Shown here in pieces: positions 1-11,147 of a stretch of DNA of 32,000 nucleotides. The notes beneath the pieces were generated by a model. The model saw only the letters and a list, made by a program, of their open reading frames with translations, was not told where the DNA came from and ran no database searches. The position numbers were made by a program, and so were the translations under genes. How positions within the stretch are numbered: position 1 is the first letter of the stretch; each line of letters starts with the position of its first letter. Origin of the DNA: Labilithrix sp. (GTDB taxonomy: Bacteria; Myxococcota_A; Polyangia; Polyangiales; Polyangiaceae); assembly GCA_019637175.1 (NCBI GenBank), contig JAHBWD010000035.1, forward strand, positions 5,341 through 37,340, given 5' to 3'.

Positions 1-291
1 TTCGGCATCACGCACACGGCGATCCCGACGCAGAACTACCCGAGCGTCGAGGAGACGGTGGCGAAGCTCCTCGAGATGACGTCGAGCGCGAAGACGGCCA
101 CGAACGTGCTCGGCCCGCGCAAGATGGTCGAGACGTACGTCGTCGACCGCGGGAGCTTCCACGTCAAAGGCTACGAAGGCATCCTCGCGGGCGATCACAT
201 CCGGCAGATCCACGCGATGGGCGAGACGCTCTGGCCTTACTTGAAGACGCGGTGGGACGCCTCGAGCGCGCCGGCGAAGACCGACAAATAG
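1..291 (+). CDS. hypothetical protein, C-terminal fragment (5' end outside window)
   Basis: Frame 1 is open from base 1 to TAG at 289-291. GC-rich third positions. No family recognised from the 96 visible residues. Confidence 0.5.
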   Translation, partial: FGITHTAIPTQNYPSVEETVAKLLEMTSSAKTATNVLGPRKMVETYVVDRGSFHVKGYEGILAGDHIRQIHAMGETLWPYLKTRWDASSAPAKTDK

Positions 292-295
292 AAAC

Positions 296-747
296 GACGA
301 ATGTGGAAGAGCGAACACGGAACAGGGAACCGGGAGCTTTCGAGCACCGGCGCTCGCGCCGCTCGTGTCGGGGCGGCGGCGCCTGGTTGAGGACTGACGG
401 CTCGAGAAGACGAATGTGGAAGAGCGAACACGGAACGGGGAACCGGGAGCTTTCGAGCACCGGCGCTCGCGCCGCCCGTGTCGCGGCGGCGGCGCCTGGT
501 TGAGGACTGGCGGATCGAGAAGACGAATGTGGAAGAGCGAACACGGAACGGGGAACCGGGAGCTTTCGAGCACCGGCGCTCGCGCCGCCCGTGTCGGGGC
601 GGCGGCGCCTGGCTGAAGACTGACGGATCGAAAAGACGAATGTGGAAGAGCGAACACGGAACAGGGAACCGGGAGCTCTCGAGCCCCGGCGCTCTCGCCG
701 CCCGTGTCAGCGCGTCGGCGCCTGGCTGAACGACGAACCGAGCCCCG
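296..747. repeat. 113-bp tandem repeat, 4 copies (starts 296, 409, 522, 635)
   Basis: The unit GACGAATGTGGAAGAGCGAACACGGAAC(A/G)GGGAACCGGGAGCTTTCGAGCACCGGCGCTCGCGCC... recurs head-to-tail with few substitutions. The fourth copy degenerates after about 100 nt. Confidence 0.9.
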
Positions 748-760
748 CGCTGCGCCTCAT

Positions 761-800
761 TCCCGGTCCCCCGTTCCGTGTTCGCTCTTCCACATTCGTC
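761..800. repeat. inverted partial copy of the first ~40 nt of the 113-bp unit
   Basis: tcccggtcccccgttccgtgttcgctcttccacattcgtc is the near-exact reverse complement of the start of the unit. Confidence 0.85.
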
Positions 801-850
801 CTTTCTCTCGAAAAAAGGGCCTTCGTCCTTTCTCTCGAAAAAAAGGCCCC
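797..850. repeat. 27-bp direct repeat x2 (cgtcctttctctcgaaaaaaGGcc)
   Basis: Two adjacent near-identical copies read directly from the sequence. Confidence 0.7.
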
Positions 851-874
851 CCTCGGGGTCGACCCGAGGGGGGC
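838..874 (-). terminator. rho-independent terminator of the PLD-like gene
   Basis: GC-rich near-perfect palindrome ggcccccctcggggtcgacccgaggggggc. On the minus strand it is followed by a run of 7 T. Confidence 0.7.
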
Positions 875-936
875 AAAGCCAACTCAGTACGGAGGGGGGA
901 GGAGGAGGGGATTACTCCGCGCTGCGTCGGCCTAAA

Positions 937-2361
937 TCAGTTGGTGGGCGGCAGGATGTTCGTCGTGGGGAGGTTCTCTTCGGGGGTGCCGAGCGACCAG
1001 AGGTGGTCGTGCTGATCCTTCATCGCCTTCACGATGCTCGGGATCGTGATCCAGTAGAAGTTCTCGAAGTTGTCGGTGAACGCGGTGCCCGTGAAGTTGC
1101 CGGCGCCCGCGAACGCGGCCTCGCCCTGCGGCGTCTTGAAGACGATGAACTTGTTGTGGTGGAGGTAGCGCGCGGCGTGGTTGGTCTCCATGTAACGCAC
1201 CTGGAGGCCGTCGGCTTTGAGCTGCTCGACGAATCCGAACTCGTCGGCGGTGTTGGGGAACTCGTCGCGCGCGGCGCCGTGGCCCGCCCACCAGATGTCG
1301 TCGTCGGCGACGAGCTTCACCTCGGGCGGGTTGCCCGCGGCGAAGCGCGCGTCGAGCTCGCGGCGGATGACCGAGTACGAGAACCGATGCGCCGCGATCC
1401 GAATCGAAGAGGCGCCGCGGATGCCGTCGCGGATGTGCTGCCCCGCGCGGCCGCCGTCGCCGGGCACGAAGAAGGTCTTGATGTCCGACTCCTCGCCGAT
1501 GCCGGCGCCGTCGCGGCAGCCCCGGATGAAGCTGCCGTACTCCTGCTTGTTCCGGTAGTGGTCGAGCATCCCGTCCATCATGCACACGTGCGCCTTCGCG
1601 AAGTGCGTGCGCGCGGGGACGCGGAGAAAGTGCCAGTTCTCGTGGTGCAGCACGACGCCCGACGAGAGGTTGCCGCTCGAGAACACGATCCGCGGGCTCG
1701 CCGACCGCGGGTTGATCATGAAGACTTTGTTGTGCGCGTAGCCGATGGTCGCGTCGTGCCCGCGGAGCTCCATCCGCGGCTTCAGGTTCGGGTCGCCGTT
1801 GCCCGGCTGACACGCGAGCAGCGTGTTCGCCGCGCCGAGATCGGTCTCGCGATCGAGCACGAAGGTGACCTTGACGTTCCGCTCTTCGACCGCCTTGCAG
1901 ATCTCCGCGCCGACGACCTTGTTGGAGAACGAGAGGTACGTGAAGAAGATCTCGGTCGTCTCGGGATCGCGGATCCAGTCGATGAGCTTCTTCTGAGGAG
2001 ACGTGTCGCGCGCCGACGAGGCCGCGCCGTCGGACGCCGCGCAGAAGACGTTCTCGGGCTTGTGCGTCAGCGTCTCGCCCGCGTTCGACGTGACCTGTTG
2101 GTTCGCGCCGTACGCGTACTTGCGGCACACCGGGTTGGTGAAGAGAACGGTGTACTCCTCGTACGCGAGCTTCGGTCCGGTGCCGAACTCCTGCACGTCG
2201 CCTTCGACGGCGTCGCCGTCGGGCGACGCGCGCCCGTCCTCGGATCCACACGCGGTGGCGAGGGCGGCGAGCGCGGCGATGGCAAACGGGGCGACGTGAC
2301 GGGCAGCTCGCACGGGTGGTCTCCGGCACGGCATCGCGCCGTGTCGTTGACCTGCATACAT
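937..2361 (-). CDS. phospholipase D / HKD-superfamily lipoprotein
   Basis: 474-aa ORF with two HxK motifs (GYAHNKVFMI and LHHNKFIVF). The N-terminus has a lipoprotein-like signal ending ALATAC. An alternative ATG start lies 9 codons in. Confidence 0.8.
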   Translation of the reverse strand: MYAGQRHGAMPCRRPPVRAARHVAPFAIAALAALATACGSEDGRASPDGDAVEGDVQEFGTGPKLAYEEYTVLFTNPVCRKYAYGANQQVTSNAGETLTHKPENVFCAASDGAASSARDTSPQKKLIDWIRDPETTEIFFTYLSFSNKVVGAEICKAVEERNVKVTFVLDRETDLGAANTLLACQPGNGDPNLKPRMELRGHDATIGYAHNKVFMINPRSASPRIVFSSGNLSSGVVLHHENWHFLRVPARTHFAKAHVCMMDGMLDHYRNKQEYGSFIRGCRDGAGIGEESDIKTFFVPGDGGRAGQHIRDGIRGASSIRIAAHRFSYSVIRRELDARFAAGNPPEVKLVADDDIWWAGHGAARDEFPNTADEFGFVEQLKADGLQVRYMETNHAARYLHHNKFIVFKTPQGEAAFAGAGNFTGTAFTDNFENFYWITIPSIVKAMKDQHDHLWSLGTPEENLPTTNILPPTN

Positions 2362-2516
2362 GTAGCATGCCGTCGCTCAAGCCCTTCGAAGGCCCATTTT
2401 TCACGGGATTTCTGGGGTGATCGGCGGGTCCATCGCGGACCGCGTGAGCCGCGGGCGATCCAGTAGACGCCGCGCAGGTGGCCGAGACCGGCTCGGCCAC
2501 CTGGAGGCGCCGCGCG

Positions 2517-3542
<1,026 letters not shown>

Positions 3543-3562
3543 GCTCGTCTCCTTCTCGCTGC

Positions 3563-5170
3563 TCACCGAGGGCTCTCCGAAGGCGGAGACTGCACGACGC
3601 GGGTGGGCGCGCGGCGTGCTGGTTTGATCTTTCCGAGCGGGCGCTCGACGCACTCGCCGCGATCGAGGACACGCGCGCCGATCGCTTCGCTGACGTGGTG
3701 CGAGAGGATCGACGTCGCCCCCTCGAGGTCCGCGAGCGTGCGCGCGATGCGCACGACCTTGCCGTAGGCGCGCGCGGAGAGCCCGATCTTCTCGACCGCG
3801 CTCGAGAGGAGCTGCATCGAGGCCTCGTCGAGCGCGCACACGCGCTCGGCGTCGGGCCGCGAGAGGTGAGCGTTGATCGCGCACGAAGTCTCGCCCGACT
3901 CGTAGCGCGCGCGCTGCGCTGCCCGCGCGCGCTCGACGCGCCGGCGCACCTCGGCGCTCGACTCGCCGGCGGCGCCGCGCTGGAGAGACGCGATGTCGAC
4001 CGGCGGCAAGACGACGTGGATGTCGAGCCGATCGAGCAGCGGCCCGCTGAGGCGCGAGCGATACTGGCGGATCTTCTCCGGCTTGCAGAGGCAGCGCTGC
4101 GTGCCGTCGCTCTGGCGGCCGCACGGACACGGGTTCGTCGCGCCGATGAGCATCGGACGCGCAGGAAACGTGACGGAGATCTGCGCGCGCGAGACGGTGA
4201 CGTGCCCGTCTTCGAGAGGCTGCCGCAGCGCCTCGAGCGTGCCGCGGCGGAACTCGGAGAGCTCGTCGAGGAAGAGGACGCCCTGGTGCGCGAGGCTGAT
4301 CTCGCCGGGGCGCGCCTGATCGCCGCCGCCGACGAGCGCGACGTCGCTCGCGGTATGGTGCGGCGCGCGGAACGGACGCTCGCCCATGCGCTTCGCGAGC
4401 CCATGCAGCCCCGCGATGCTGTGGATCGCGAGCACCTCGAGCGCTTCTTCGTGCGCGAGCGGCGGCAGGATGCCGGGCAGGCGCCGCGCGAGCATCGTCT
4501 TGCCCGCGCCGGGTGGCCCCATGAAGAGGAGGTTGTGGCCGCCGGCCGCGGCGACCTCGAGCGCGCGACGCGCGCTCGATTGACCGCGCACGTCCGAGAG
4601 ATCCTCGTGCGCGAAGTACGAGATCTCGCGGCGACGCCGGGTCGCGAGCGGCAGCGTCTCTTCGCCGGCGAGCGCGCTCACGAGCTCGGCGAGCGTCTCG
4701 GCGACCGCCACGTCGACGCCGTCGACGAGCGCCGCCTCGTCACGGTTGGCCGCCGGGACGACCGCGCGCGTGACGCCTCGATCACGCGCGCCGACGAGGT
4801 GCGCGACGACGCCGCGCATCGGATGCAGCGCGCCGTTGAGCGACAGCTCGCCGAGGAAGAGCAGCTCGCCCAGCGCGCCCTCCGGCAGCCTGCCGAGCGC
4901 GACGAGCGTCGCGACGGCGATCGCGAGATCGAACGCGCTCCCGCGCTTCTTCACGTCCGCCGGCGCGAGGTTGACGACGAGGCGGCACTCGCTGATGTCG
5001 ACGCCGAGCTGCGCGAGCGCGCTCTTGACCCGAACGCGGCTCTCGCGCACCGCGACCTCCGCGAGGCCGACGAGCTCGAACGAAGGAACGCCGCGCGAGG
5101 CCTGAACCTCGACGCGAACGGGGTGCGCCGCGAGGCCGACGAGGACCGCGCTGTGTGCCGTGGCGAGCAT
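3563..5170 (-). CDS. comM: YifB/ComM family Mg-chelatase-like AAA+ ATPase
   Basis: 535 aa. N-terminal Lon-like domain ([12 protein letters not shown]...VEV), Walker A GPPGAGKT, Cys cluster CPCG...C.C, and a C-terminal MCM/chelatase-like region. Confidence 0.85.
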   Translation of the reverse strand: MLATAHSAVLVGLAAHPVRVEVQASRGVPSFELVGLAEVAVRESRVRVKSALAQLGVDISECRLVVNLAPADVKKRGSAFDLAIAVATLVALGRLPEGALGELLFLGELSLNGALHPMRGVVAHLVGARDRGVTRAVVPAANRDEAALVDGVDVAVAETLAELVSALAGEETLPLATRRRREISYFAHEDLSDVRGQSSARRALEVAAAGGHNLLFMGPPGAGKTMLARRLPGILPPLAHEEALEVLAIHSIAGLHGLAKRMGERPFRAPHHTASDVALVGGGDQARPGEISLAHQGVLFLDELSEFRRGTLEALRQPLEDGHVTVSRAQISVTFPARPMLIGATNPCPCGRQSDGTQRCLCKPEKIRQYRSRLSGPLLDRLDIHVVLPPVDIASLQRGAAGESSAEVRRRVERARAAQRARYESGETSCAINAHLSRPDAERVCALDEASMQLLSSAVEKIGLSARAYGKVVRIARTLADLEGATSILSHHVSEAIGARVLDRGECVERPLGKIKPARRAPTRVVQSPPSESPR

Positions 5171-5287
5171 GACGCCGCGCCGTTGCGATCCGCGTGCCGC
5201 CCGCGATCGCCCTCGATTTCCCTCGAATGAGCGAATGACGATATGGCCCGGCCACTTTCGAGGGTGGCCCGGCCACCTTCGTCAGCT

Positions 5288-6007
5288 TCAGTCGAGCCCG
5301 ACCTTGCCTGGCGCCCAGTACGCGCGCGTACGGATCTGCCGGCTCGTGAGCCCTTCTTCACGCAAGCGCCTGTTGATGCGCTGGATCGACGGCGCCTTGC
5401 CCGAGAGCGCGCAGCTCGCGGACGATCGCGACGCGAGGCGATCGACGATCACGCGCTCGACCTCGGCGAGGTGCGCGTCGTTCGCGGTTCGCTCGACGAG
5501 CTCGACGTCGCCGATCTCCATCGCCTCGATCACGTGCGCGGCCACGGCCTTCGATGTCACCTCGAGCACGACGCCGACGCCCGCGGCGCCGCGCGGCGTG
5601 AAGCGAAGCGCGTGCGCGAGGCCGATCGAGGTCTCGTCGCCGAAGAGGAGGCCCGGCCGTTCGAGCGCGCCGAGATCGAGCGAGCGGCGCGGCCCGAAGA
5701 GCGTGCACGCGCCGCCGACCGCCAGCGACTTCACCCACCGCGACGCCGGCGAGTCGCCGTGCGCGTAAGCGAGGAAGCGCACCTCGTCGTCGCTCCACGA
5801 GAGCGGCGTGTACGTCCGCTGCACCCAGCCGCCGAGGAGGATCTGGACCTTGTCGCCGGGGCTCCACGCGACGCCTCGGAGCGCCTCGCCTCGCAGCGTG
5901 ACGAGACGGAAGCTCTCCTCGATCGGCGTGATCTCGCGGACCGTCGCCGCCTTCGTGAAGAGTCGAACGACCGCGCCCTCGAGGCGGCCCATCGCCGGCG
6001 TGCTCAT
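5288..6007 (-). CDS. siderophore-interacting / FAD-binding-9 family flavoprotein
   Basis: 239-aa tail of the long ORF, starting at MSTPAMGRLEG. RTYTP flavin motif and a ferredoxin-reductase-like layout. Upstream ORF residues are Arg-rich noise. Confidence 0.65.
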   Translation of the reverse strand: MSTPAMGRLEGAVVRLFTKAATVREITPIEESFRLVTLRGEALRGVAWSPGDKVQILLGGWVQRTYTPLSWSDDEVRFLAYAHGDSPASRWVKSLAVGGACTLFGPRRSLDLGALERPGLLFGDETSIGLAHALRFTPRGAAGVGVVLEVTSKAVAAHVIEAMEIGDVELVERTANDAHLAEVERVIVDRLASRSSASCALSGKAPSIQRINRRLREEGLTSRQIRTRAYWAPGKVGLD

Positions 6008-6108
6008 GTCGCGTCCGATGCCGGCGGCCGAGCCGCCGTTCTGTTGAAATTGACTTTCATGTGCAACTTTAGCACGAACGCGCGGCCAGCTCGATCGCTT
6101 GAGGAGGC

Positions 6109-6996
6109 TCAGTCGGACGACGAATTCATCGCCGCGCCGACGATGATGACGATGAGCCCCGCGATGAGGAAGGTACCGCCCGCCGTGAGGATGAACGCGC
6201 CGGCGATGTTGCCGCCGCCGGTGACGGCGCCGCCCACGAGGCCGAGCACCGCGCCGACGCCGAGGAGGATCGCCCCGACGCGAACGACCTTCGTGCCGCT
6301 CCGCTCCTTGACCACCGGCTGCTTCGACGTGTCGGCGGCCTCGAGATCCTCGAGCACACGTCGGTACTGCCGCTCCGCGATGTTGCGGATCGTCGCCGAC
6401 TGCTCGTCGACGAACGTCGTCATCGGCTGCGCGCGGAGGCGCCACGACGTCTGCTGCACGATCGACTGGAGATGCATCCGCCGCTCGATCGAGATGCCGA
6501 TCTGCGCGGCGCGCGCGTCGAGCGCGTGGCCGACCGCGTCGCCGAGCTCGGGCTGCGCGCGGAGGCGCGTCTGGATCGCGGCGCGCCGCTCCGGCCCGAG
6601 CGCGTCGAAGTGCGCTTGCACGCCGCGGACCGCGTCGTCCATCTCGTCGGCGCCGCGCGCGATGCGGCCGATCATCTCGGGGTGCGCCTTTCCCTCCGGC
6701 GAGAGATCGCCGTACGAGCCGACGAGGAGGAGCGAACGCAGCGACTTGCGCACGAGCGCCTCGTCTCGCTGGAGCTCCGCCGCCGTGAGCGACGTGTCGC
6801 CGAGCTTCAGGTGATCGAGGACGTGACGCATCGGGTTGCCTTGCTCGATGCGCACCATGCCGTTGTCGAGGCGCGCGAAGAACGCGTCCATGTCCGCCGG
6901 CGAAGCGAGCCCCGGCATCGCGATCGGCGGGCTCCGATCGCACGCCCCCACGGTCGCCCCCGCGACGCCGAGCCTCAAGAAATCGCGTCGATCCAT
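6109..6996 (-). CDS. Tat-signal hypothetical protein with C-terminal Gly-rich membrane anchor
   Basis: MDRRDFLRLGVAG twin-arginine motif. Two C-terminal hydrophobic segments (VGAILLGVGAVLGLVGG / FLIAGLIVIIVGAA). Confidence 0.7.
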   Translation of the reverse strand: MDRRDFLRLGVAGATVGACDRSPPIAMPGLASPADMDAFFARLDNGMVRIEQGNPMRHVLDHLKLGDTSLTAAELQRDEALVRKSLRSLLLVGSYGDLSPEGKAHPEMIGRIARGADEMDDAVRGVQAHFDALGPERRAAIQTRLRAQPELGDAVGHALDARAAQIGISIERRMHLQSIVQQTSWRLRAQPMTTFVDEQSATIRNIAERQYRRVLEDLEAADTSKQPVVKERSGTKVVRVGAILLGVGAVLGLVGGAVTGGGNIAGAFILTAGGTFLIAGLIVIIVGAAMNSSSD

Positions 6997-7023
6997 CGAC
7001 CGCGAGCGTACACGATCGCGACC

Positions 7024-8385
7024 CTAACGAAGCGCCTCGTTGGCCGCGTCGCGGCCGGAGCGGAGGACCGTCGAGAAGCCCGCGCCCGGCTGCACCCACG
7101 CCCCGGCCATCCAGAGGCCGTCGAACGGCGTCGCGTGAGGGAGGTGACGCGCGCCGCTCTGCGCGATCATGGCGCGCGCGCCGTAGATGCTGCCGCCGGG
7201 GTTGCCGGTGAAGCGCGCGAAGGTGCTCGGCGTCGCCACCTCGCGGAGCACGACGCGATCGCGCAGCGTCGGCAGCGCGCGCTCGGCCTCCGCGACGAGC
7301 GCGTCGGCGTCGGCACGCGTCACGGAGCGCGAAGTCTCGACGAGCTTCGTGATCGCGATCACCGGCGGCCCGCCCGTGAGCACGTGGGGCATCGTGATCG
7401 AGAGCGCCTCGCCTCGCTCGTCGACGCGATAGAGATCGTAGTCGCGCCACGCTTCGTCGGCCGACGAGAGCCCGAGCCAAACCTTGAGGCACGAGACCGA
7501 TCCGCGCAGGCGATCGATCTTGGCGCTCCATCGAACGTCGCGATCGTCGAGGAGATCGATCGTCGCCTGCGGGCTCGCGTTGCTGACGACGAGCCGCGTC
7601 GCGACGCGCTCGCCGCTCTCGAAGGTCACGCCGCTCACGCGCCTTCGCTCGACGTGGATGCGACGAGCTCCGGTCGACACGCGGAGCGCTCCGCCGGCGC
7701 GCGTGACGATCGACGCGAGCGCGTCGACGATCGCGGGGCTCCCGCCGCGCGGATACGACCCACCGTAACGATGATACGAGCACCAGGGCACGAGAAACGA
7801 GATCGCCCCCAGCGCCTCGAGCGAGAGCCCGAGCCACCCGTGCGCGAAGAGCGAGAGCGTCGCGCGCAGCGCCGGATCGCGGACTTGAGCGTCGACGACG
7901 CGCGCCGCCGAGCTCCTCGCGAGCGGGCCGAGCGGATCGAGCACCTCCCCTCCCCCCGCGTGATACGCGCCGGCGACCTCGCTCGCGATCGCGAAGAGGC
8001 GCGCGAGGCCCTCACGCTCGGTGGGGAAGTGGCTCGCGAGCGCGTCGAGGTACGCATCGCGTCCGTGGGGCACGACGATCTCTCGATCGGGCCAGATCTC
8101 GCGACGAAGGGCCGCGGGGCGCAGCCACTCGATCGCGCGATCGATCCCGAGATCGACGAGGAGCGCGTGGTTCGGCTCTCCTTCGTGCATCGCATCGACG
8201 AGGTGCAGCGCGACCTCGAGCTCGAAGCGATCGCGCACGAACGTCGACGCGTATCCGCCGAGGCGATCGTGTCGCTCCGCGACGAGCACGCGCATGCCCG
8301 CGCGCGAGAGGCGCGCCGCGGCCGCGAGGCCGCCGAGCCCTCCGCCCACGACGACCGCGTCGTAGCGATCGCTCACGTCGCTCAT
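7024..8385 (-). CDS. NAD(P)/FAD-dependent oxidoreductase (phytoene-desaturase / amine-oxidase-like)
   Basis: YDAVVVGGGLGGLAAAARL dinucleotide-binding fold at the N-terminus. An alternative GTG start at 8394 would overlap the upstream stop as GTGA. Confidence 0.8.
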   Translation of the reverse strand: MSDVSDRYDAVVVGGGLGGLAAAARLSRAGMRVLVAERHDRLGGYASTFVRDRFELEVALHLVDAMHEGEPNHALLVDLGIDRAIEWLRPAALRREIWPDREIVVPHGRDAYLDALASHFPTEREGLARLFAIASEVAGAYHAGGGEVLDPLGPLARSSAARVVDAQVRDPALRATLSLFAHGWLGLSLEALGAISFLVPWCSYHRYGGSYPRGGSPAIVDALASIVTRAGGALRVSTGARRIHVERRRVSGVTFESGERVATRLVVSNASPQATIDLLDDRDVRWSAKIDRLRGSVSCLKVWLGLSSADEAWRDYDLYRVDERGEALSITMPHVLTGGPPVIAITKLVETSRSVTRADADALVAEAERALPTLRDRVVLREVATPSTFARFTGNPGGSIYGARAMIAQSGARHLPHATPFDGLWMAGAWVQPGAGFSTVLRSGRDAANEALR

Positions 8386-8390
8386 CTCGC

Positions 8391-9767
8391 TCACGTCGCG
8401 CGCTCGCGGAGGAGGCGCCGCAGCACCTTGCCGTTCGGGTTGCGCGGGATGACGCTCACGATCTCGATGCGCCGCGGCACCTTGAACGCGGCGAGCCGCG
8501 CGCGGCAGAGCGCGAGGAGGCTCGACGCGTCGGCGCTCCCGGCGACGAACGCGATCGGGATCTCCCCCGCGGATGGGTCGGCGTCGCCGATCACCGCGAC
8601 GTCGATCACGCCCGGATGTGACGCGAGCACGCCCTCGATCTCCTCGGGGTAGATCTTCTCGCCGCCGCGGATGATGAGATCCTTGCGTCGCCCGAGGATC
8701 GTCACGCGATCGCCCTCGATCGACGCGAGATCGCCGGTGCGGAGCCAGCCGTCGTCGAGCGCGCGCGCGGTGGCCTCGGCGTTGCGAAAGTAGCCGCGCA
8801 TCACGGTCGCGCCGCGCACCTCGAGCTCGTCGTCTCGAACGCGGAGCGTGACGTCGAGCGCGGCGCCCACCGAGCCCGCGCGCGCCTCGCCCGGGCGCGT
8901 CGCGGTGACCACGGGCGAAGCCTCGGTGAGCCCGTACGTCTCGAGGATCCGAAGGCCCGTCTTGTGCTCGAAGCCGTCGCGCGCCGCGTCGGTCAGCGCG
9001 CACGCGCCCGACATCGCGAGGCGCAGCGTGGAGAGAGACGCGGACTCGACGGCGGGCGATCGCGCGAGCCATCCGTAGAACGACGACGCGGCGACGAAGA
9101 CCGTCGCGCGGCATGACGCGATCGCCTGCCCGACGCTCGCGGGGAGAGGATCGTCACACACGACGAGCGTCGCTCCCGCGTCGAGGGCGGAGAGCAGGCA
9201 CGCCGTCATGCCGAACGAGTGGCACGGCGAGAGCGGCGTCGCGATCACGTCGGCGCCGTCGATCGCGTATCGCGCATTCCACGCGCGCGCGTTGGCGAGC
9301 ACGCTCGCGTGCGACAGCTCGACGACGCGAGGCGACGCCGTCGATCCCGACGTCGGGAGCATCACCGCTACGTCTTCTTCCGCGACCGAGCGCACGACGC
9401 AACGATCACCGACTCCGCGCTCCGCGGAGACGAGCGCGCACCGCGCCGAAATGCGCGCGTCGGTGACGAGCGCGGCGACGTCGCCGTGCTCGAGCAGGAA
9501 GGCGATCTCCGGCGGCGCGAGCCTCGGATCGATCGGCATCGCGGTGCACCCCGCGAGGAGCGCCCCGAAGAACGCAGCGACGAACGGCTCGCCCGCGCCG
9601 AGGAGGATCGCGACGCGCGCGCCCGGCGCCGCCACCTCGCCGATCCGCGCGGCGATCGCGATCGCGTGACGCTCGACGTCGGCGTACGCGTGAGGCCCTT
9701 CGCGATCGACGACGAAGACGCTCCGAGCCTCGGCGCACCGTTCGAGGAAGAGCGCGCCGAGGCTCAC
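8391..9767 (-). CDS. AMP-dependent synthetase/ligase (acyl-CoA or acyl-ACP ligase)
   Basis: LPTSGSTASPRVV, YGLTE, TGDL and GKVLRR adenylation motifs. The GTG start at 9767 overlaps the stop of the upstream gene (GTGA). Confidence 0.85.
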   Translation of the reverse strand: MSLGALFLERCAEARSVFVVDREGPHAYADVERHAIAIAARIGEVAAPGARVAILLGAGEPFVAAFFGALLAGCTAMPIDPRLAPPEIAFLLEHGDVAALVTDARISARCALVSAERGVGDRCVVRSVAEEDVAVMLPTSGSTASPRVVELSHASVLANARAWNARYAIDGADVIATPLSPCHSFGMTACLLSALDAGATLVVCDDPLPASVGQAIASCRATVFVAASSFYGWLARSPAVESASLSTLRLAMSGACALTDAARDGFEHKTGLRILETYGLTEASPVVTATRPGEARAGSVGAALDVTLRVRDDELEVRGATVMRGYFRNAEATARALDDGWLRTGDLASIEGDRVTILGRRKDLIIRGGEKIYPEEIEGVLASHPGVIDVAVIGDADPSAGEIPIAFVAGSADASSLLALCRARLAAFKVPRRIEIVSVIPRNPNGKVLRRLLRERAT

Positions 9768-10825
9768 TGGAGATCGATCCAGGGCGTGCGCGCGGCCGGC
9801 GGGAACGCGATCTCGTGGCGCGTCGCGTAGCTGTGCTTCTGCGGGTTGACGAACTGGCTCCGGTTGTTGATCGCGGGCGGCGAGAAGGTGCGCGCGCGCG
9901 CGCCGCGCACCGCGTAGCGATCGACGCCTGCGTGCGCGTACGCGGCGTCGAGGAGCGCGAGGCCCACGAAGCCGCCGATCGTGGGCGCGGGCCCTGCGTC
10001 GAGCATCACGCCGACGCGCGCGCCTTCGAACGTGACGTCGTCGCCTCGCGCCATCTCGACCGCGCTGCGCACCGCGGTGGCGCGCCGGAGATCGCGCCGC
10101 GCGCGACGCTCGCGCAGCGCGTCGGCGCCGACGAAGCTCTTCTTGAACGACGTACGCCACTGGAGCTGGAGCTCGACGGGCGTCGCGTCTTCGCCGCGCT
10201 GGCGCGTGACGTCGAAGAACCAGCTCTCGAGCGCGCACGCGCGGAGCGCCTCTTCGCTCGCGACCCGGCAGCCCACCGCGGCGCCGCGCTCGAGGATCTG
10301 CGCGCGGAGCGCATCGACCGACGCGCGGGGGACGAGCAGGTCGTAGCCGAACTCGCCGGTCTTGCCCGCGCGGATGTAGGTACGCTCCGGCGCGGGATGG
10401 AAGAAGGAGAGGTACGGCAGGCCGACCACGCCGCGCCCCTCGAGCGCGGCCATGACCTCCCACGCGAAGGGTCCGTTGAGCGAGAGGAGCGCGTGCGTGC
10501 CCGAGAGATCGTCGTAGCGGACGTCGACGCCCGCGGGCGTGTGGCGGCGGAGGTGCTCGATCGCCTCGCCCGCCGACGGCCCTTCGCCGATCAGGAAGTA
10601 GTCGCCGTCGTCGTTGCCCAGGTAAACGTCGGCGATCGGCCTGCCGCCCTCGTCGAGGAGGAGCGTGTGACGCACCTGGCCGTCGCGAACGAACATGTCG
10701 CAAGGAACGATGCCGTCGAGCGCGTCGTACGCTCCGTCGCCGCGCGCGGTGACGGCCCACACCGACGGCAGCAGCGTGATCGCCGCGCCTTCGCGGATCG
10801 CCCTCGCCTCTTCGTGGAGCGTCAT
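9764..10825 (-). CDS. aminomethyltransferase (GcvT/YgfZ-like) folate-binding family protein
   Basis: 353 aa. Family assigned by recognition of the GcvT-like pattern (LLSLNGP...GEFGYDL). The ATG overlaps the ACP stop (ATGA). Confidence 0.6.
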   Translation of the reverse strand: MTLHEEARAIREGAAITLLPSVWAVTARGDGAYDALDGIVPCDMFVRDGQVRHTLLLDEGGRPIADVYLGNDDGDYFLIGEGPSAGEAIEHLRRHTPAGVDVRYDDLSGTHALLSLNGPFAWEVMAALEGRGVVGLPYLSFFHPAPERTYIRAGKTGEFGYDLLVPRASVDALRAQILERGAAVGCRVASEEALRACALESWFFDVTRQRGEDATPVELQLQWRTSFKKSFVGADALRERRARRDLRRATAVRSAVEMARGDDVTFEGARVGVMLDAGPAPTIGGFVGLALLDAAYAHAGVDRYAVRGARARTFSPPAINNRSQFVNPQKHSYATRHEIAFPPAARTPWIDLQ

Positions 10826-11115
10826 CGCGCCTTCGCGTCTTGCAGCTCGATCACGAGATCGGCGAGCGTGTTGATGCTGCGGAGCTGCCCGCGCAAGACA
10901 TCCATCGGCATCGCGACGCCGAAGCGCTGCTCGGAGGCGACCACGAGCTCGACGGCGTCGAGCGAGTCGAGCCCGAGGCCGGTCGCGAAGAGCAGCGCGT
11001 CGACCTCGATCGACGCGGGCGGCACTTGCACGTAGAGATCGTCGACGAGGATCTTGCGTACCTCGTCGATGATCGCCTCACGCCGGCGGATCAGCGAGCG
11101 GAGCGCTTCATCCAT
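10822..11115 (-). CDS. acyl carrier protein
   Basis: LGLDSLDAVEL phosphopantetheine-attachment motif. ATG at 11115. The listed ORF start at 11151 is a TTG that overlaps the KS stop (TTGA) and is an alternative. Confidence 0.8.
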   Translation of the reverse strand: MDEALRSLIRRREAIIDEVRKILVDDLYVQVPPASIEVDALLFATGLGLDSLDAVELVVASEQRFGVAMPMDVLRGQLRSINTLADLVIELQDAKAR

Positions 11116-11147
11116 GGGCCATGGCGTACGGCGCGAGGGCGACCGCG

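Noticed and set aside
296-747. Possible CRISPR array, suggested by the regular repeats
   Set aside because: The units are contiguous 113-bp copies with no unique spacers. The repeat length is far outside CRISPR norms. No cas genes are present.
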